DNA from: Nemertoderma westbladi | Lineage: Eukaryota; Animalia; Xenacoelomorpha | DNA: 53,648 bases | Reading direction: 5' to 3' | Assembly: GCA_032718475.1 (NCBI GenBank) | Contig: JAUCBJ010000649.1 | Location: forward strand, 1-53,648 | In this document: positions 48,248 to 53,648 of the stretch, piece after piece | How the letters are laid out: each line of letters starts with the position of its first letter | How positions within the stretch are numbered: position 1 is the first letter of the stretch | Translations under genes and position numbers: made by a program | The notes under the pieces: model-generated | What the model was told of the DNA's origin: nothing | What the model saw: only the letters and a program-made list of their open reading frames with translations | Databases searched by the model: none

Positions 48248-50219
48248 ATGTCTCGCAGAGGAAGTGCAATATCCGGTTCTGATTTTAGTGATAATGATAG
48301 TGTTAATGAAACGGGAAAGAGTCAATATCAGATCCCCAGGTCCCCATCTTATAGGAGGAGAGGAGTGTCACCCAAATGGAGCCCCAGGTCCCGATCCTAT
48401 GAAAGAGTGGTGTCACACCAACAACGGAGTCCCAGGTTCCGATCCAATCAAAGAGTGGTGTCACACCAACAACGGAGTTCCAGGTACCGATCCAATCAAA
48501 GAGTGGTGTCACACCAACAACGGAGTCCCAGGTTCCGATCCAATCAAAGAGTGGTGTCACACCAACAACGGAGTCCCAGGTACCGATCCAATCAAAGAGC
48601 TGTGTCACCTCAACGTAGTCCCAGGTTCCGTTCCCATCAAAGAGAGATGTCAACCAAATGGAGTCCCATATCCGGATCCCAACTAAGTGAGGTGTCAACC
48701 ATATGGAGTCCCATATCCGGATCCCAACTAAGTGAGGTGTCAACCATATGGAGTCCCATATCCGGATCCCAACAAAGTGAGGTGTCAACCATATGGAGTC
48801 CCAGGTCCGGATCCCAACAAAGTGAGGTGTCAACCATATGGAGTCCCAGGTCCGGATACCAACAAAGTGAGGAGTCAACCATATGGAGTCCCAGGTCCGG
48901 ATCCCAACAAAGTGAGGTGTTAACCAAATGGAGTCCCATGTCCGGATCCCCAAAAAGAGAGGTGTCCCCCAATCGGGTCCCAAGTTCCAATTTCATAGGA
49001 GAGAGTAGAGAGGTGTCAGCCAATCGAGGCCCAAGTCCCAATCCTATAGGAGAGAGCAGAGAGGTATCAGCCAATCGAGGCCCAAGTCCCAATCCTATAG
49101 GAGAGAGCAGAGAGGTGTCAAACCAACATACTCAGGGGTCTCTAAACAGAACTGTGGTCGACATAGAAAGGGAAGTGAATTCTCATCAAAGAAAAGTCGA
49201 CGCAAATTTATCTAACAGAAAAGAAAGAAGAGAGACTAACTGCAGTAAAGTTCAACCTAGACGAATGAGAGGTAAGGTTACAGGTTTATCGACGACCAAA
49301 GTCGAACCCTTTACACCAGAGAGACAAAATCAAGAAAGTGAATCCACTCGGACATCCCATCAGTCCCAAAAAATAACTGGAAAAGAGGACACAAAAAAAC
49401 ATGCAAAACGCGAACCTACTTCAGAAGAACTTGTTAAAGAACTAATGGGAATTATCCTACAAATATGTATTGGATTAGTCCTTCTTGTTTTTCTAATTAT
49501 ATTCGCTGTGGTTCAAATAAGTTGGTGCACAATGTCCATTTATGGTAAACATAATGCGATAGAAGAAAAGTTTGTTAAACAAAAAGCCGAACAATACGAG
49601 TTATTAATGCAACAAGATAAGGAACGAGAGTCGTTGAATGGAGCAAAGTTTAGTCTAGCGAATACAATTAGAGGTAAAATAGAGAGAAAGCAGGAGAAAG
49701 TTCAAGAACAAATAGAACTAAAGATTGATGATTTTAATAAAAAATTAGGTAAGGAGACGGATAGAAAAGGTAAACTTGAAATAGAGAAACAAACACAGGA
49801 GAATAAAAACAAATTATATAAAAAATGCGAGACCATTCTATCTCCAGGTCGAATGGAGACGGTGATATATGACATTCAAGATATTTGTGACATTGAGACA
49901 GGCGGCGGCGGTCCTTGGGTGCTAATAATGAAACGTAACAGTGGAGAACTATCATTCGATCGCGGCATGGGAGAATATAGGGATGGATTCGGAAATCCGA
50001 GTAAAGAGTTTTGGATTGGTTTCAATTTCTTACAAAAGGTGACAGGACGAAATCGGGTTACTTTACGGTTTGATTTTAAGGAGGAGGACGGCAGTGAATA
50101 CTGGGCTCTATATTATGATTTTAAGATTCTTTATCATGAAGGAATAGCCTTAAATTACGGAGGCGGCAATGCGGGAGATGCCATGTACATCGACTATAAA
50201 GGCTACAACTACTATTCAG
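48248..50219 (+). CDS. Fibrinogen-related protein (type II membrane FReP), exon 1
   Basis: Ser/Arg/Pro repeat N-terminus, hydrophobic helix GIILQICIGLVLLVFLIIFAVVQI, coiled coil, then fibrinogen-domain motifs CDIETGGGGPWVLIMKR, FDRGMGEYRDGFG, EFWIG, GNAGDAM. Donor CAG|GTAAAA, phase 1. Confidence 0.88.
48370..49120 (+). repeat. Coding tandem repeats with 48-, 45- and 51-bp units
   Basis: VVSHQQRSPRFRSNQR x4, STIWSPxSGSQxSEV x7, SREVSANRGPSPNPIGE x2-3. Confidence 0.9.
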
Positions 50220-50457
50220 GTAAAAAATTATTCATTTTATTGTCATATTGTCAAGCTTGGTTTAAGTAAAAAAGTGTTCTTTGCGATTCGGTCCAGTGAA
50301 TAGAAAATGTGCTAAATACTAAAGGTTCGCATCATAACTTTATGGCTCTGCCCAGTAGCCGCACTTAAGTATAACAGTGATACTGTCTGACTGATCTTCA
50401 GTCAAAACCACGACAAAATAACAAGTCTGGGTAAAATGTTATGAACATCAAACTCCC

Positions 50458-51758
50458 GGATCTAGGACACTCCCCCCCCCCCCCCCCCCCGGACAGTTCC
50501 CCCCCGGACACTTCCCCCCCGGACAGTTTCCCCCTGGACACTTCCCCCCGTCCAAGTAGGACACTTCCCCCCCGTCCAAGTAGGACACTTCCCCCGGACA
50601 CTTGCCCCCCGGACACTTGCCCCCCGGACACTCCCCCCCCCCCCCCCCCCAGTTAAAGTGTTAAAATTAATCTGGGTGCATCAAAGCAATAAACAAAAGT
50701 TAAAGATGGTTTCAGGACAAGTTGTATCTAGATGAGTTTTTGAAATTATAAAAGAAACATTTTCATAGTCAACTTTTATTTGTTTTTATTTTAATTGGGG
50801 GCTGCCGTCCCCAAACCCCCGCTTCTTTTGTTGGGGGCAGCCGCCCCCAAAACCCCGCTTCTTTTCTTGGGGGCTGCCGCCCCCAAACCCCCGCATCTTT
50901 TCTTGGGGGCTGCCGCCCCCAAACCCCGGCATTTCCCTGTGTGCCCGTGTTGAAAGACTTTGAGACTGTTTTGAAATAATCAATTCATGTTTGTATCATC
51001 AGATAATAAATCGACTAAACCTAAAGTAGGAGCTGTATTGAACGTTAACCAAATTAATATATAAATTACTCTATTTATATTTTTATTTATATATATATAT
51101 TTATATATATATTATATAATTCAACAAAATCCCATTAAAAATATTGCAAGTAACCAGGAAATTTAATATGTAGTGTGTATAATATCTATATAGTATGTAT
51201 AGTAAGTAATATGTAATGCTGAACACAGAATACAGGTCGACGCATGTCGATTTTACCCTGGGGAGGTATAATTTTGATTGCAACAATAATATTCATCCCC
51301 ATCTGCTATAATTTGAAGAAGACTATTACATAATAATACCTATAATTAAAACAATTAATTATTATAATTATATAGTTAATAAAAACAGTATATCATTCGG
51401 GGATGGAATTTATAGGTCATCTAATTAATTGTTTAAAGATTAGCAAACAATACGATGTAATTGCATTGATAAAACCCATAAACAAAACTTGGATATAAAA
51501 TGTAAAATCGGGATGCAAAAGATCACTTTCTGAGCTACGAAAGGAAAATTGGATACAACTTGTCTGGATACAAGCGGTCCGTTTACCTTACAAAATGAAA
51601 AATAAGAATGTGCTAAATTAAGAACAGTCGGGGGGGAAGTGTCCGGGGGTGAAGTGTCTGGGGGGGGGGGGGAAGTGTCCGGGGGGGGAAGTGGCCTACT
51701 TGACCGGGGGGGGGGGGGGACTGTCCGGGGGGGGGGGGGGGGGGAGTGTCCGAACACC
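50458..51758. mobile_element. MULE/foldback-like non-autonomous DNA transposon in the FReP intron
   Basis: 9-bp TSD CAAACTCCC (50449-50457, 51759-51767), GG...CC ends, and inverted subterminal CCCCCGGACACTT arrays. Internal ~34-bp x4 repeat at 50795-50930. Confidence 0.85.
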
Positions 51759-52069
51759 CAAACTCCCATTTTACTAACAATAACCTTAATTATTCATTTA
51801 TTCGTGAACCAATCAATGAATTTTGCATATAAAATTTGACTTTATCCTTTTATTTGCGCATTCGTGCAAATTTTCACATTTACGCAGCTGCTTAAATTTT
51901 CGCAGCTGTGGTAGCCCTGTACACTAATAACGTCTGAAAACGGGATGCACCACTCAGTTTAACACAATGTAAAGTGACATTTTACACACTAACTGTTGTT
52001 TGTTCAGTTAATAATTGTAAAGTTATAGTTAACAGTTTTACATACCCAACAAATTATTTGCACACCTTT

Positions 52070-52378
52070 AGATTAGATACCTTTTTGCACCAAATAAACT
52101 TACTTTCCACCCAAAACGGCTTACTTTACCACCAAATGATAGGTCTGTCTATGGCCCTGGTTAGGGTCACCCTGAGGGCCAATTGGCTTTAATTGGCCAT
52201 ATTGGCTCAAGGTAGGGTTGAAAACCAGGTTTCCAGTTAGGTTTAGGGTTGAAGACACTTTTTGTCTAGGGTTTCGATTGCCGAAGTTTAGTTATAGCTA
52301 ATTAAAAAATTTTTGGTGGAAAGTGATCCGTTTTGGTGCAAAGGTTAATTTATTTGGTGTTGAAGTAAATCGTAGCCT
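52070..52378. mobile_element. Small degenerate MITE
   Basis: Imperfect ~60-bp inverted ends (caccaaataaa..caaaacgg..ccacca versus tggtgg..ccgttttg..tttatttggtg) with internal TTAGGG motifs. Confidence 0.5.
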
Positions 52379-52436
52379 TTTACTCATCTTGCTTGACAAT
52401 CAAATTAATACATTTATAAATTTTTATTATTATTAG

Positions 52437-52678
52437 ATACCTACACGTTGTACTTCAATGAATACCAAGGTCAGATTCATTTCAATGCGGATAGCGATAA
52501 ACGTTGCCCTGGGTTTAAGGGGTGGTGGTGCTACTATGAAGCGGATTATTATTCATTATATACTTGCGAGCCAGGGGCGTATTTATTTGGACAGATGAGT
52601 AATACTTATTGGAATCCCAGATTTAGAGAGAAAAGAGGACCATTTCAAAGCATAGAAATGAGGATAAAAGTTACCTAA
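52437..52678 (+). CDS. Fibrinogen-related protein, exon 2 (C-terminus; total ~737 aa)
   Basis: Acceptor TTATTAG|AT restores the frame (S-D-T-Y-T-L-Y). Contains C..FKGWW..C..YLFG..W..SIEMRIK. AATAAA motifs follow. Confidence 0.85.
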
Positions 52679-53123
52679 CTAGAGGCTGAGATTGAAACAA
52701 TATCAAACAGAAATACTTGCTGATGCTGAGTAGATATAAATAACGAAACCTAATATTTGTAGTAATCATATACCTTAATAATCAGTAATAAATCGTAATA
52801 AACCGTAATAAATAATTGCAACAATTCCCGGACATTACTTACATCATTTGAATTTCTCGCTTCTTTAACAACTAATAAATTAAACATCGCAATTTTTGTT
52901 TGGAGAGGATCTCATGTTAAAAAATACTCAATGCTGATTTGTTCTTGGTAACTTAAGATTAATCTAAATTCATCAAAACACTTTCATATGTAAACAGTAA
53001 AGACACTCGTAAGTAAAATAACAAGAAATTAAAAGCTGGCTGTAAAAGAAACTGGATAAACTTTAAACCAAAACATCTGAACCAGGATCGAACCCATTAC
53101 TTTCACATTTTAAAAGCAACACG

Positions 53124-53648
53124 GGAGCCTACTTCACAAGAACTTGTTAAAGAACTAATTAATTATATTACAATTAGAGATAAATTAGTGTACAAGCACG
53201 AGAAAGTTCACAATCTATTAGACGAAAGGATTGCTGATTATAACGAAATATTAATTGACGAGTTGAACCATCAAGTTGTACTTGAAATAAATAAAGATCA
53301 ACTTGAGAAGGAAAACAGTTTATATGATAAATGCAAGTCATAATGTAACGGGAATTGAAACTTGGGAATATTACAAAATTAAAGATATTTGTGACATTGT
53401 GGCAGGCGGAATAACTGTTAATAATGTAACGAATTTATGGTAAACTATCATTCAAATGCACCATGATAAGAATTATTGAGGTGAGGGATTCGGAACACCA
53501 ATAAAAGAGTTTTAGATTGGTTTTCATTACATACGAAAGGCGACAGAACAAAATCCGATTACTTGACGGTTTAAACTTATTGGAAACCCTTAAATGGAGT
53601 GAAAATAGGATCAATTGAAATAATTCAAATAAGGATAAAAGTTACCTG
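53124..53648 (+). pseudogene. Decayed tandem paralog of the FReP gene
   Basis: Nucleotide matches to EPTS.ELVKEL, DICDI..GG, GFG.P.KEF.IGF and the terminal aggataaaagttacc, with stops and deletions. Confidence 0.8.

Noticed and set aside
48264-49092. Alternative-frame and antisense ORFs over the FReP repeats
   Set aside because: By-products of tandem units whose lengths are multiples of 3.
50220-50269. C-terminus GKKLFILLSYCQAWFK of the 673-aa ORF
   Set aside because: Read-through into the intron; the fibrinogen domain is completed only by exon 2.
53080-53100. B-box-like GGTTCGATCC on the minus strand
   Set aside because: No recognisable A-box or tRNA fold; at most a SINE trace.

Overview
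Eukaryotic, AT-rich, transposon-dense DNA, probably from an aquatic invertebrate (inferred from the GalEa-type Copia remnant and a fibrinogen-related gene). Most of the window is two complete minus-strand Bel/Pao LTR retrotransposons. Element 1 (3451-23562) has ~2.17-kb LTRs, a GGTAT target-site duplication (TSD) and a decayed gag-pol, and sits inside a GalEa-like Copia remnant. Element 2 (34657-46503) has ~1.24-kb LTRs and a TAGGG TSD; it keeps gag-protease but has lost RT and integrase. The main candidate for a new system is in element 1 and has four parts. (1) A nearly intact ~1200-codon accessory ORF in the env position encodes a DEDDy (WRN/EXD/RNase D-like) 3'-5' exonuclease plus three CCHC-type zinc knuckles. 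(2) Splice signals could join this ORF in frame to leader exons, removing gag-pol as an intron. (3) Ten same-orientation copies of a 20-nt stem-loop, one with a compensatory base change, are spread through the internal region. (4) Each LTR holds a tRNA-like Pol III cassette. The rest of the window contains two further Bel/Pao 5' remnants, a foldback insertion, inverted 68-bp-satellite elements, LINE 3' fragments, and a two-exon type II membrane fibrinogen-related gene with a MULE-like element in its intron and a decayed paralog downstream. All domain calls are by-eye motif recognition; no searches were run.
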